DNA from: Octopus vulgaris
Taxonomy: Eukaryota
DNA length: 64,000 bases
Direction: 5' to 3'
Assembly: GCA_951406725.2 (NCBI GenBank)
Contig: OX597824.1
Location: 47,678,001 to 47,742,000 of the forward strand
How positions within the stretch are numbered: position 1 is the first letter of the stretch; every line of letters starts with the position of its first letter. The notes beneath the pieces were generated by a model that saw only the letters and a program-made list of their open reading frames with translations, made no database searches and was not told the DNA's origin. The position numbers and the translations under genes were made by a program. Below, piece by piece: positions 1 to 13,346 of the stretch.

Positions 1-869
1 AGATACCAAAGAGCATGTAACCACTTTTAAACCTAAACTAGAAACTATAAATCAAAATGCTAGTGAACAAAAAAGTAAATTAAAGGGTGATTTTGAAGAA
101 CCAACCAAAGTATATATTTTACAATTGGAGAAAAAATATTTGGAGACACGTAAAGAAGTGGAACAAATCAGTGTACAACTTTGTGAAAAGGACAAGAGAA
201 TTTGTGAATTAACAAAATCCTTATCAGAGAAATCTTCACTTGTTGAGGAATATCTGAATTCAAATAATGAACTGACAGAAATCGTTACCAGCTTGAAAGA
301 GAACGTTTCTGAGAAAAAAACTGAGACTAATTTACTGAAAAAGGAGTTAGAAGAAAAATCAGGCACCATCAGTGAGAAAGATGCTAAACTTGATGAACTT
401 ACTTCTCTTGTTGGAGAGATGCAACAGAAGATCTCAGAAATTGCTCAGAAACATTTTTCTGAAATTATGACAATGGAAGAAAAACTCAAAAATTTTAAAG
501 ATATCCAGGCTAAGCTTGGTCAAAAGGAAGAAGAATTGGCAAATCAGCAAGCTGAATATTATTCGGTTGCTGCTGCTTCTAATAAAGTCTATGGGCAGTA
601 TGAGGCATCAGTGAAAACCTATCAAGACCTAGTCTCAAAACTTTGTAATAAAGTGGAGAACCAAGATAAACAAATTGTATGCCTTCTGGAACAAATGTCA
701 GATATGAAACTAAAAGCTGAACAAGAATACAATAAAATGAAGAGAGAACTAACTGAAGATAATGAAGAAGTGAAAGTTTCCGAGCAAGAATTGATTAAAA
801 TCCAAAGCGCCTTTGAAGAAACAATTGTGAAGAGTAAATCACTAGAGGAGCATCAAAAAATGTTGGAAG
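1..869 (+). CDS. Coiled-coil gene, large exon copy A (5' end outside the window); paralogous to the exon at 8966-11102
   Basis: Open E/K-rich frame (ORF 125-901 extends upstream). Nt 1-466 are near-identical to 9334-9799. Candidate phase-1 donor GAAG|GTAACC at 869/870 matches the phase-1 acceptor at 7733. Confidence 0.7.
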
Positions 870-1189
870 GTAACCATAATGCTAAAATAATTCTTGAATG
901 AATCTTTCCAATCTGAAAATATATTTTTTAATTTTATTACAGCTTTCTACTTTTTAAGAAAAGACACTAGTACAGATAATTATTTTTACTTTATTTCCAT
1001 ACAGTTAGTGTCTCTACATTCTCACACAGTTTACTATATTATCTACTTGGGTATGATTCTCAATCACATTGAATGCATTGGTTCTTGTCCGATCACCAAA
1101 GTTAAACAACATTGAGCCTAGTTAGTATTGAAATGGGCAACCACTTGGAAAACCTAGGTGCTGTAAGCCTCTCACACTTTTTAAGCACA

Positions 1190-1573
1190 AGTGTTGCTGT
1201 GTGGTACGAAGCTTGCTTCCCAAACACATGGTTCTGGGTTTAGTCCCACTGCATGGCACCTTGGACAAGTGTCTTCTACGATAGCCTCGGGCTGACCAAA
1301 GCCCTGTGAATGGATTTGGTAGATGGAAACTGGAAGAAGCCCATTGTATATGTGTGTATGTGTGTCTTTTTTGTCCCCCACCATTGCTTGATAACTGGTG
1401 TTAATGTATTTACATTCTGTAACTTAGTTGGTTGGCAAATGAGACCAATAGAATAAATGTCTGGTTTAAAGAAAGTAAGTACTAGAGTCAATTCATTTGA
1501 CTAAAAAATTCTTCAAGGCAGTGCTCCAGCATGGCCGCAGTTTAATGACTGAAACAAGTAAAAGATAAAAGAT
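1190..1573 (+). mobile_element. tRNA-derived SINE family A, full length (other copies ~3274-3500, 4150-4320, 14480-14620, 32797-33145, 33368-33525, 39520-39665, 47645-47830)
   Basis: A/B-box-like head, CCTTGG.CAAGTGTCTTCTAC body, GAAACAAGTAAAAGATAAAAGA tail; many dispersed copies. Confidence 0.8.
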
Positions 1574-2513
1574 AGTATTATATAAATATCACATGGTATA
1601 TTTTCTCCAGTCGCTGAATGTCTCAGTCATATTTTTATGGTTAGTTGCTGTAAAGGAAATACTTTCATAAATGACTCAAGCTAAACACATTTTGTTTATT
1701 AGTTTCAGATGTATTATTGCAACCTGAAACTGATGTCATATATAGATATGACGTTATTTCTTAATATTTCAAGAGATGACAATAACTCACAGTACTCAGC
1801 TGCTTTTTTATTTAGAATTATTGTGGCACTGACACAAAATTAAACACAATTTTCTCTTAACTATACTTAGTTGCGGCAACAGGAAGAGAACTTACAAGTA
1901 ACCAGCTCACAGGTCATAAGTTGGTACCAGATTATTTGGGAAAGTTATCAAAGAGAGACAGGATTCCTGTCCAGGAGAAGACTTATCTCTCTTCTTCTTT
2001 CCATAAAACTGTATGTAACTACTTGTACTACTACCAGATAATTGGATAGAGTATAGTTTGTTACCTTTTGTCAAGATTTGGTGGGTGCAATATCAGTGAA
2101 GCATATACATATAAATATATATTTCTTTATTGCCCACAGGGGGCTAAACATAGAGGGGACAAACGAAGGGATTAAGTTGATTACATCAACCCCAGTGCAT
2201 AACTGGTACTTATTTAATCGACCTCGAAAGGATGAAAAGCAAAGTTGACCTTGGTGGAGTTTGAACTCAGAACGTAGCATCAGACGAAATACCACTAAAC
2301 ATTTTGCCCGGCGTGCTCGCCGCCTTATACATATACATATAAATATAGACACAAGCATGGCTATATGGCTGATAAATTCACTTTGGAAGTATACAGTTAG
2401 GGGATCAGTCTCACTGTGTAGACAGTTAGATGGTGTCCTTTATTATATCCATAGGTTAACAAACACCTTGTGATTGAAATTGGCAGGCAGAAACTGAAGA
2501 AACTTATTGAATA

Positions 2514-2885
2514 CTAGCAGTATCGCCCGGCGTTGCTCGGGTTTGTAAGGGAAATAACTATAAAGCATTTTTAGAGAGTTATAGCCAAAAAATGGGAAAA
2601 AAATTATGGTAAATTTTTTTGAGAGTTAAAAAGGTCGAGTTGCGTCCCCTAGACCATCTGTGGTTTGTGTTTCTGATTGTCGACCCCATGTCGAATTTAT
2701 CGATCTTTTTCAGAACTGGGGGAACTTTTCAAAATTTTCGCTGCGTTAGTTTTGAATTATGACATTGGGCTATGTGTGTGTCAAGTTTCATCAGAATCGG
2801 TTGAAAGCCGTGGTCAGGGTGAGGGTACAACCTAACAGACACACAGACACGCACACAGACAAACTGCCGTTTATATATAGAGAGA
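2514..2885 (-). mobile_element. Non-autonomous Helitron-like element
   Basis: Minus strand begins TCTCTCTATATATAAA and ends in hairpin CCCGAGCAACGCCGGG ... CTAG. Inserted between A and T without a TSD, inside a SINE. Confidence 0.75.
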
Positions 2886-2917
2886 TGTATATGTGAAGGT
2901 GATGATCATACACACAT

Positions 2918-2968
<51 letters not shown>

Positions 2969-3764
2969 CAATTGAAGCAGCTTCAAATTAAAAGAGCTAT
3001 GTATTATAATTAATATATATACACCATTGGCAGGCAAGATATTTGCAACTACGTACCTAGATGAAATTTCTCACTTCCAGTATAGGAAACTGAATATATC
3101 TTGTGCTTTTAACACATTTTTATCTCATAAAAATCACAGTCTCTTGCTTGTCAATGTTTTAGATACATTAAGTATAACACATAGGTGACTATTTAAATTT
3201 AATGCTGCTTTGATTGTGCATACCAGATTTTTATTTAGCCCAAGTGACTAATCGCAATATCAGTAAATGTGTTATCTTTTATCTTTTACTTGTTTCAGTC
3301 ATTTTGACTACAGCTATGCTGGGGTACTTCCTTGAAGGGTGTTTTAGTTGAACAAATCGACCCCAGGACTTATTTTTCAAAACCTAGTACTTATTCTATC
3401 AGTCTCTGTTGCTGAACCATTAAGTTACAGAGACATAAACACATTAACATCAGTTGTCAAGCAGTGATGGGGAACAAACAAAGACACAAAGACACACACA
3501 TAGATATATACATATATATATAGAATGGACTAAACACAACAGAGGGAGATGTAGGAAGGAGGGTCACTGAAGAGGTCACAGGTGTGTGATGAAAGATTTC
3601 CAGACAAGGGACATAAAATAAGAACAATAATAAACAAGTTAGGAACGAATGTATAGTGCATGTGTTTATTTGGCAAGATAAAAATGACCATCCTGAAATA
3701 TAACAATATTTGTTTCAACACAGTTTCACATCAAGCATCTTGCAAAACAAATAGATGAACATGA

Positions 3765-4140
3765 AGGTGCATGGTTCAGCAGTTAGAGCATAGAGCTCAC
3801 AATCGAGAGGTTGTGAGTTTGGTTCCTGGACTGAGCTGTGTGTTGTATTCTTGAGCAAGACACTTTATTTCACATTGCTCCAGTTCATTCAGCTATAGAA
3901 ATGAGTGCAACATCACTGGCACCAAGCTGTATTGGGTTTTGCCATTCCCTTGGATTACATCAGCAGCATGGAGAGGGGAGACTGGTAAGCATGGGCGATT
4001 GTTGGTCTTCCATAAACAACCTTGCCTGGACTTGTGCCTCGGAGAGGAACTTTCGAGGTGCAGTTCCATGGGCATTATATAAAGGGTAATGGGTAAAGAC
4101 CCCCTTTGGTCATGACTGAAGTGGGGCTTTACCCTTTACC
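3765..4140 (+). mobile_element. tRNA-derived SINE family C (related copies ~7130-7460 minus, ~11400-11690)
   Basis: tRNA-like head plus CTTGAGCAAGACACTTTATTTCACATTGCTCCAG core; TTTACC repeat tail. Confidence 0.7.
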
Positions 4141-7100
4141 TTTTATACATATATATATTCAACAGGTTTCTTTCAGTTTGCGTCTACTAAATCCACTCAC
4201 AAGGCTTTGGTCAACCCAAGGCTATAGATGAAGATACTTGCTCAAAATGCCATGCAGTGGGATTGAATCCTGAACCACATGATTAGGAAGCAAGCTTCTT
4301 ATCACACAGTTACACAGGTGCTTATATTATTCACTGTTTCCTATATAAGAGGAAACAAATTGTGTCTAGGCATGTGGTTGTGAGTACATGTCATTGACAA
4401 GGCCTGGATGTTGAAATGCATCTGATGTTTTTACTAGCCACTAAATGGGCAATTTTTGTGTTGTTTTTGTCACAGCATGTTTATAAAAGATTTTATCCCA
4501 AATGAAAACTGCAGTATCTTGCATGCCAACATTATATATACATTAACTATGATATATAGATGGCTATATGTACATAGATAAATACATACATACATATGTG
4601 CATATGTACTAGATGCACACATACATGGATATATGCATATGTACATACATGCATACATATTTACATTAGAAATATGATACCATGTTGGCTTGGATAGTGT
4701 TATGTAAGAAGGTTCCAGATATAAGTGTTTACATGGATGTAAAGATAAATATCAGAAGACAATGTTTTTCATGCAAATGGACATCACAATTTATTTCGTG
4801 GTCACACATAAAGTGGTAGGCACACTTTATAGATGGCTATATGTACATCTGTGTTCAAGGCAACAGGGTGTAGTGAGACATAGGTTAATTTCTTAATAAA
4901 CATCAAGGTAGTTGGATTCAGTACTTGGCTGTAAATCTAAAATATCCAATGAGTTTTGTAGTGGTTGTGAGGTGAGGTAAAAATCCCATAGTTGTATGAA
5001 TGCTGTTTTCTGATGTCTTAGGAACTGATTCTTGCCTTTCAAAATTTGTGCTTCACCACTGGGTCATGTGTATTCTTCCATGGCCAGCAGTGATTAGATG
5101 TTTTGGGTGTAGCATGACTGTGCTATGCCACCACAACAAAACGGTGCTAACATGTCTTGCTATACATGCATATGTGCAAAACCATATACATGCATACTTA
5201 TGTATGTATGCATGTATGTACATACATACATGCATGCATATGTGCTTACATACATGCATATGTACTTATGTGCATACATACATGCACACACATACACGCA
5301 CACATACACACGAACATACACACAAAATACCTACATACAAAGTACACTGAAATAGAAATAATTTAACTTGGTTAACTTGAACTAAATGGGATGAAGTTGT
5401 ATGTTTCATCAATTGTTATAACATTTCAGTCTTTCAGTGCTCATTTTAGTTGAAAACTTACAAGAAACAACATAACTCATTACCTATATCTTATATTCGC
5501 ATGAGGTTAATATCGCACAAGAGAAGTCACTGCCATCTTGGATTAAAAATAAATGTAGAAATTAATAAATGGTAGTTGGTCAAAAGAGCCACATGAAAGT
5601 TAGTGAATTTATAGCAGATTGTGGAGACAAATAAAGTCATCCAGTCTATTCTTTTCACACATCTGTCCATTCTAGCATTCATACTTGTGGCTTCTACAGC
5701 ATTCATTGCATAGAGTATTACTGTGAGCAGCTATTACATACTCCTCTACATGTACAGTTTATGGGTATTAACATTAGTGGATAATTGTTATCATTCACCA
5801 TCATCACCATCATCATCATTTAACATCCATTTTCCATGCTGGTATGGATTGGATGGTTTCTCAGGAGCTAGCAAGCCAAGCTTCACTGACTGTTTTGTCA
5901 TGGCTTTTACAACTGGATGCCTTTCTAATGCCAACCTCCTTACACAGTGGATCGAGTGCTTTTTATGTCTCCAGCTCTGGCAAGCTCTGCTTTGGTATGA
6001 TTTTTACACTGGATGCCCTTCCTAATGCCAACCACTTTACAGAGTGACCTGGGTGCTTTTTACATGGCACCAACACTAGCAAATGAATAATAATTAATTG
6101 AATAATAATAGGTTGTGGATAAAATAATGAATGAATTTGTGATCATACTGTTTGCTTTCCTTTTCACACATTCTCCCATTTATATCTTCATCCACTTGAG
6201 TACATTTGTCCTTGGGACACACTTGCATTCACGCTCATATTTATTGGCTGTACACTTGCACAGCATAAGATGGTTAGCATACATATTTCCACTATTTCTA
6301 TAGGGCCTCATGGAGGCAAGGGATGAGGTGGTGATGCACGATCTTTGAATGCTGGGCCTCATAGAGGCATCAAGTGACTGAGACCTTTGGTGATATGCTG
6401 TGCTTGAGAAGACTCAGCAAGCCATGTGAAGTCATAGTTGTGGCCATTGCCACAACTATGAATAAAGAAACAAGTATTCTTTTAATAAAGAAACAAGTTG
6501 TGGCCATTGCCAGTATCATGTAAATGGTACTTCTGAAATCATAGTTGTGACTGTTGCCAATGTCATGTAAATGGTACCCATGCCAGTGGCATATAAAAAG
6601 GATCCATTACACACTTGGAGTGGTTAGCATTAGGAAGGGTATCCAGCCATAAAAACTGTGCCAAATCAGACTGGAACCTGGTGCTGCTCTCTGGCAGTTC
6701 CAATCAAACCAGCATGGTAAGCAGATGTTAAATGATGATGATGATGATGATGGCGATGGTGGTGGTGGTGGTGGTGGTGATGGTGGCGGTGGCGGCAATG
6801 ACAACGATGTAAACATGTATAATAATATATTTTTCCTTCGTTAGTCACTTAAGTGTTCATGCTTGTGTTATAACTGAAACCTTGTTTGTATTCTTGCTCT
6901 TGCTTTTGAAGAGCCTGTGTGTGAGATGTATGGTACCCAAGGAATGTAGGCAGAGTGGGTGTAGTAAAATATGACAAAATAAAATGAATCAATATAAATA
7001 GATAATTGAGATGTGATAAACACAACTGCAAGGGATTTTATGGGGTTATAAAATATTGTTTCATTTGGGGTGGCTTTGAAAGGGGTTGTAGACGTAGGGT

Positions 7101-7732
7101 TATCACAGAGTTCATGAGTTTATTCAAAGTATCAAATAACTGGCACTCTGTTGGTTATGATGTTGAGGGTTCCAGTTAATCCACCCAAGGAATCAGCCTG
7201 CTCATGAAATTAACATGCAAGTGGCTGAGCACACCACAGACACACATACTCTTAACATAGTTCTCAGGGAGATCCAGCATGACACAGAATGTGAGAAGGC
7301 TTGCCCTTTTTTAAAATACAGGTACTACTCATTTTTGCCTACTGGATTGACTGGAGCAATGTGAAATAAAGTGTCTTGCTCAAGGATACAATGCACTGCT
7401 GAGTATAAAACACATGACTTTACGATTGTGAACTAAATACCCTAGCCACTAAACCACACACCAGTAAATGTATAAGTGGATGCTGTAGGTGAATACCTCA
7501 TCTATAAGATGTCTCTAAAGTGCAATGGCTGCACCTGCCATGAGCAGCTACTCTTGTAATCTGTGGTGATTGCATGATCAGGAATAGCATGTAGTGGCAA
7601 AGCCAATGTGTGAATATAGACATTTTAATATACTCACACCCACAGTTCATGTTATAAAGTGGTTGGTGACAGGAGTAATGTAGATGGTGAATGTTAGTTA
7701 ATGAACTATTTTGATTTTTTTTTTAATTTCAG

Positions 7733-7896
7733 AAAAACAACCAACTGGATATAGTATAAGTGTTGTAACAGACAATTTAATGACTGAATTGAAGAGAGAA
7801 TTGGACAACATTAAGACAACATGGATTGCTCCAGATATTCATGAACAGTTAAAAGCTGATTTTTCAAAACTTACATGTGAACAAGACATTTTAGAA
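7733..7896 (+). CDS. Coiled-coil gene internal exon (EKQPTGYS...EQDILE)
   Basis: Polypyrimidine tract plus TTTCAG acceptor, GAA|GTAAGA donor. Phase 1 in, phase 0 out, in frame with the next exon. Confidence 0.85.
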
Positions 7897-7961
7897 GTAA
7901 GATTCTTTCTGAAACACTTCTTGTTGTTGAAAGTGGGTACATTTTATTAATTAGGATTTAA

Positions 7962-8169
7962 CCCTTTAGCATTTAATCCAGTCATATCTACTTGTTTTAT
8001 GTTAAAACTAACCAGATCTAACTGCTCTCACAACTACCCTACAATGTCATTCTAAAAATATACATACACACCACTGAAATCTTGAAGCTACAAGATCATG
8101 TGTAATTAATTCAAAACAATGTGAATAAATAAGCAATACATTTAACAGAATAATCTGAATGCTAAAGGG
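7962..8169. mobile_element. piggyBac-like MITE
   Basis: TTAA|CCCTTTAGCATT ... AATGCTAAAGGG|TTAA. Confidence 0.8.
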
Positions 8170-8965
8170 TTAAACTTAGTTTAGGTAGTTTTACTTAATC
8201 CTATCAAATTAAGGGTTACTAGTAGCATCTGTCATATCTGCTGAGCCTCTGTGACAATTTCAATGTGGTTGCTTGAACTGCTAGATATAGCAACCAAATC
8301 TCCCTTAAATCATATGCTGCTATCTTCAAAAAGAGAGACAATGGATAATGTACTCCAAGATAAACTAAAAGTTTAAAAGATCATAACTGGAATGCCTTTA
8401 ATCATAGGTCTGCTCATTCAGGGTTGATTTGAAGCTATACAATAATATCAACTAGGTGAAGCTACGAAACCATAAATCCTGATCAGTTGGAAAGAAAAGA
8501 GAAGCAATAAACTACATTATGGAAGAGTTTGGTGGGTTGGGGTGTCAATTTGAATTCAAATTATGGTTACAGTTCAACATTTACTCAGTTTTAAATAAAT
8601 GAAAACCAATTTATCCCAAGTTGAAGTGATTTGAAGAACTATATTAAATATATGATGGAATATTATGTTAATTCCCCTTAAAAGTTTATCCAAATTTCTA
8701 AAATTAATCTTGCAGTTGATATGATTCTACTGAAAATAATTTAATCATATCTTTTGTTAGCTATTACTGAAGATATAATGGTCTTGATACTGCTTTAACA
8801 GTATATTCTAGTTTTGTTATTTTGATTAGTGTTACTTCAATTATTTAAATTCACATCTAAACTTCACCTGGAAATATAAACATTTGTGTGTTTATTAAGT
8901 CATAAATTTGTGTAAATTAATTTTATGTATATGTTTTTTTTCATAATTTTTCAATTATATCCTAG

Positions 8966-11102
8966 TCAAAATGGTTGATGTTACATAATGACTTCCTGAG
9001 TCTGAAATCCAACAATGACTTACTTAAGAATGAGATGGAAAAATTGAAAGTTGAATATAATAATGCACAGCACCAAATTCTGGATAAACAGCAGACTATT
9101 GAGATAATGAAAAAAGACCTTGAAAGATCTCCAGTAAAATCTTCTATACAGAACTTTGCTGAGAAAATTGTTCATGCTACTAAGACTAAAATTTCAACAG
9201 AAAATACAGAGTTTGAAAGAGTAAAATTGTTACTGGAAGAAAATGCAGCCATTAAGAAGAAACTGGAAAAACAGTTTAAGGAACTTACACGAGAAAAACA
9301 GGATGTTTTAGAAAAATTAGAGCTAGAAACTGCAGATTCCAAAGAGCTTGTAACTGTTTTAAAACCTAAACTAGAAACTGTAAATCAAAATACCATTGAA
9401 CAAAAAAGTAAATTAAAGGGTGATTTTGAAGAACTAACCAAAGTACATACTTTACTATTGGAAGAAAGATATTTGGAGGCACTTAAAGAAGTGGAACAAA
9501 TCGGTGTACAATTTGGTGAAAAGGACAATAGAATCTGTGAATTAACAAAATCCTTATCAAAGAAATCTTCACTTGTTGAGGAATATCTGAATTCAAATAA
9601 TGAACTGACACAAATTGTTACCAGCTTGAAAGAGGACGTTTCTGAGAAAAAAACTGAGACTAATTTACTGAAAAAGGAGTTAGAAGAAAAATCAGGCACC
9701 ATCAGTGAGAAAGATGCTAAACTTGACAAACTTACTTCTCTTGTTGGAGAGATGCAACAGAAGGTCTCAGAAATCTCTCAGAAACACATTTCTGAAATTG
9801 GAAAATTGCAAGAAAATCTCAAAGTGGAATATGAAGAGAAAATCTCTTCTATTACAAGTGAACATGTGAATAAGATAACCAACAACTATGTGTGTAAGTC
9901 TTTGATGGAAATAAAAGAAAAAGAACATTCAAATGAATTGGAGACTAGTAAAGAAATGTTACATCAAGAATACAATCAGAAGAGTTGCTGCCTTATTGAA
10001 GAATATGAAAAGAAATTAAGATCTGTTTCGGAGGACTTTGAGAAAAAATTATCCTCTGATTATGTTGCAGTTGGTAAGGTTAATGAACAAAATAAAAAAC
10101 ATATCCAAGAAATTATACAAATGAAAGAAAAACTTGAAGAATATGAAGGGAAAATAAAATCCCAGGATGAAGAACATAAAGAAGCTTTGCAAAAAGTAAA
10201 CGTAGAATCTCAGGAAAATATCTCCAAAAATTATATCTCAAAAGAAGTGTTTGAAGCTAAGCTAAAAGATGAGACCAAAGAGTATACACAACTTAAACGA
10301 AAATATGTTGAAGAAGAAGAAAAATTACAGGGAGTGTTGAAAGAACATGAGGAAAAATTAGCTCAAGTTACTTTGAATTATGAAGAGAAAATAGCTACTG
10401 ACTTTGTACCTCGACAAACATTTGAATGTGAACAGGAAAAGCATGTTACAGCTCTTCTGAAACAAGAAACTTTCTATAAAGAGAAGTTAGAGTTACTTGA
10501 TGAAGAGCACAACATTTTCATTAATAATAAAACAATTGAATTTGAAGATAATATTGCAACTAATTATGTGCTGAGATCTGATTTTGACGATGTCCAAGCT
10601 AGGCTAAGTGAGAAGGAAAAAGAGTTCTCTAAACTACAAGCTGGATATGATTTAGATGTTACTGCTTCTGACAGTGTCAAGGAACAGTATGAGACATCAG
10701 TAAAGACATATAAGAAAGAGATCACAGAAATGTGTAACAAAGTTGAGAGCCAAAACAGACAAATTGAATGTCTTCAAGAACAAATTGCAGGGATGACAGA
10801 AAAAGCTGAACAGGAATACAATGAAATGAAGGGAGAGCTGAGCCGAGATCTGAGTAATAAAGATGAAGAAATGAAGACTTCCAGGCAAGAAATGATTAAA
10901 ATACAAAGCGCCTATGAAGATGAGATTACCAAGTGTAAATCATTGGTGGAACAGATAAACAGGTTGAAAGGTAACCATAATAATGTGATAACTTCTTTGA
11001 AAGAATCATTCCAGTCTGAAATAAAGCATATGAAAGAAACTTTTGAAAAAGAGTTTTACAGGAGAGAAGCTATCTACAATACTGACCTCAAAAAACTAAA
11101 TG
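8966..11102 (+). CDS. Coiled-coil gene giant exon (~712 codons) with internal ~57-aa repeats
   Basis: CCTAG acceptor in frame with ORF 8975-11218, AATG|GTAAAC phase-1 donor, heptad E/K/L-rich protein. Confidence 0.9.
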
Positions 11103-11870
11103 GTAAACCTAATTCATCTCTAAATTCTGTTTTTTGTTACATTGTACCATTCTGCTTTTTAAGGAAAGACAACTCTCGCTATTTTACCATTGATAATGGT
11201 GTTGGCTATTTACAATGAACAACATAAATATTTGCTGACTAGGAGAGAGAGAGATTGCTCAGAAATTATAGAAAGCTATTAGTGTGACAATGTGGTCAGC
11301 CCAAAAATATACAAAGTCATTTGCATAAATCTTGATTCTTATAATAGTACTTTTTACTTCCCAGACCTTATTTATATGCATTTACTATTTCTGTGTGAAG
11401 ACACATGGCCTTCGCACTTGACCTAATGGTTAGGCTTGATTCCTGAACTAGGTGGTGCATTGTATCTTCAAGCAAAGTGCTTCATTTCACATTGTTTCAG
11501 TCTACTCAGGTGAAAACACGTACCACCCTAGTTCTGGCACATTCTCTCTTCCTCCCTCCCTCCCTCCCCCCTCTCTCTCTGTCTTCAACTGTTACATCCT
11601 CCATGTTACATTGGGTCAATGGATAAGTGTGTCTATGCTTGCATGTGACTACATAGACACCTAAAGCAACTAGCATGAGTTTGATACATGCTACCAGCCC
11701 ATACTCACTTTCAAGTGACAGCTGTATTTTTTTGACATTTGTACATTTTGGACTAAGTATTTTATCAAAGTAATGTTTTCCCACTGTGAACAATATGATA
11801 TAGAATTAAATTTGAATAGTTGCTTTTAACATTTACTCACCAAAAGTGTATTATGCTTTCTTTGTTACAG

Positions 11871-12061
11871 ATTCCCATTTCCAAGAATTGACTTTATCAC
11901 AAACCAAATGGGAGAAACTTCATCAGACTCAATGTGCCAACATAAGTAACTATGAGAAAATCCTGAGTGAGAAAGAACTTCAGGCTGCAGACATTAAGCA
12001 GCAACTGTTGTCTGAAAAGGAAGCCAGAGCTGAGCTTGAAAAATGTCTTGCTTCAAGCAAG
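11871..12061 (+). CDS. Coiled-coil gene exon (DSHFQEL...LASSK)
   Basis: TTACAG acceptor (phase 1), AAG|GTAAGT donor (phase 0). Confidence 0.9.
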
Positions 12062-12286
12062 GTAAGTTTATTTGGTTCATTATCTCATAAAGAAAGATCC
12101 ATTTGTTTGTTTTCTTTTTGTGTGCAATGAAAGCAAATGGTTTTCAGTGGTTGAAAAGAATGAGGTTTGGATGTGCCATGTTAATATGCTAGAAACGCTT
12201 AGTGGAAGTTGAAAAAGCAGTTGTATGTGTGTATGAGTCTGTATTATCATCTTTATTATTACCAGTGCTAATGTTGTTATCATTAG

Positions 12287-12538
12287 GAAAACCATGAAGA
12301 AGAGATTAAGAAACTAAATAGCATCATAAATGAAGCTAGAGAAGAGTACCAGCAGCTGAAAAAGAAGAATAGTGGCACTGAAGCCTATTTCCACAACAGG
12401 GAACAGAAGATAACCACAGATCATACCAAGACTTTGTCCAAAGTTGAAGAAATGAATACGTCCTTGGCTAGTTGCTTACAGATTTCTCAAAAAGAGTTAG
12501 AGATATTTAAAAAGAAGCATGAAAATATATCTGCTGAG
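12287..12538 (+). CDS. Coiled-coil gene exon (ENHEEEIKK...ENISAE), 84 codons
   Basis: CATTAG acceptor, open frame, GAG|GTAATT donor, phase 0-0. Not in the ORF track. Confidence 0.85.
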
Positions 12539-13301
12539 GTAATTTTCATTTTGAGCTGTAGTTTATGGTTATTATTTTTATTTTTAAAGGAAAGCTTTTA
12601 TGTCAAATGACATAGGATTGAAAGATAAAACAGGATGGTCTATTGCGGTACAAATAAATTTTGCAGACATATATACAAGCATCAAATTGATGATAATAAA
12701 TATATACATAACAATGGCAACCATCATTATCATTTTTCAATTTGTCCCTTCATTAAGCTACATTTCACCTTTTAAAAGGAAATAACCATGTAATCCAGGA
12801 TCTACTACTCAAAAGTGCTATAAAATTTTCAATAATAAGTCTGTCAAAGTTAATTGTAGTTGTTTAAGAAATGTAAGATTCCAGATACAAGGTAGTGTAG
12901 TAGAGTTATCCTCTATTATACTTTTGTAAGTTATTTTTTGGGGTGGAACAAATTTTATTATTTATCATTTTCCCTACATATTTCGTATATGTCAAAATAA
13001 GCATTAACTACTGTGTATCTTTGGCTTCCTAGCCCCTGTATAGTATGACTCTTTTTAGTCAGTAATTTTCTCTTTTTCTCTTATCATCTGATTAATTTGC
13101 TGATGAAGTAGAATATATGAAGAATGAATTTATCTTTAAGATAGTGTTTATCATCACTTTAACATGGGTGTTCTCTGAGAACTGATGATATTGCTATTTT
13201 AAACCCAGGAAAACATCTCCTCCAGCTGGTTATTCAGTGCACTTTCAAACCCAATATTCATTTCAAGCAGGAGAGAACTCCTGCCACCCTAGCTCAGGGA
13301 T

Positions 13302-13346
13302 CACCAGATCACATGATTTTGATCTTATTGGATCACTTTAGTGGTG
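13302..13346 (-). ncRNA. More degenerate second copy of the same hammerhead motif
   Basis: Minus strand reads CACCA-CTAAAGT-GATC CAATAA GATC-AAAA-TCATGTGA-TC-TGGTG. Stems are intact and the core is mutated. Confidence 0.5.

Noticed and set aside
4470-6848. Many short ORFs rich in C/M/Y/H/I (also 41149-41873, 49041-49568, 57576-57852, 61155-61886)
   Set aside because: Translations of microsatellites and SINEs.
7897-7962. The same piggyBac-like MITE family lies 36-65 bp after a splice donor in two different genes (also 40684-40720)
   Set aside because: Only two cases in a window full of TTAA sites; cannot be distinguished from coincidence.
9385-9729. Antisense ORFs (also 52-369)
   Set aside because: Shadow frames of the coiled-coil exons.
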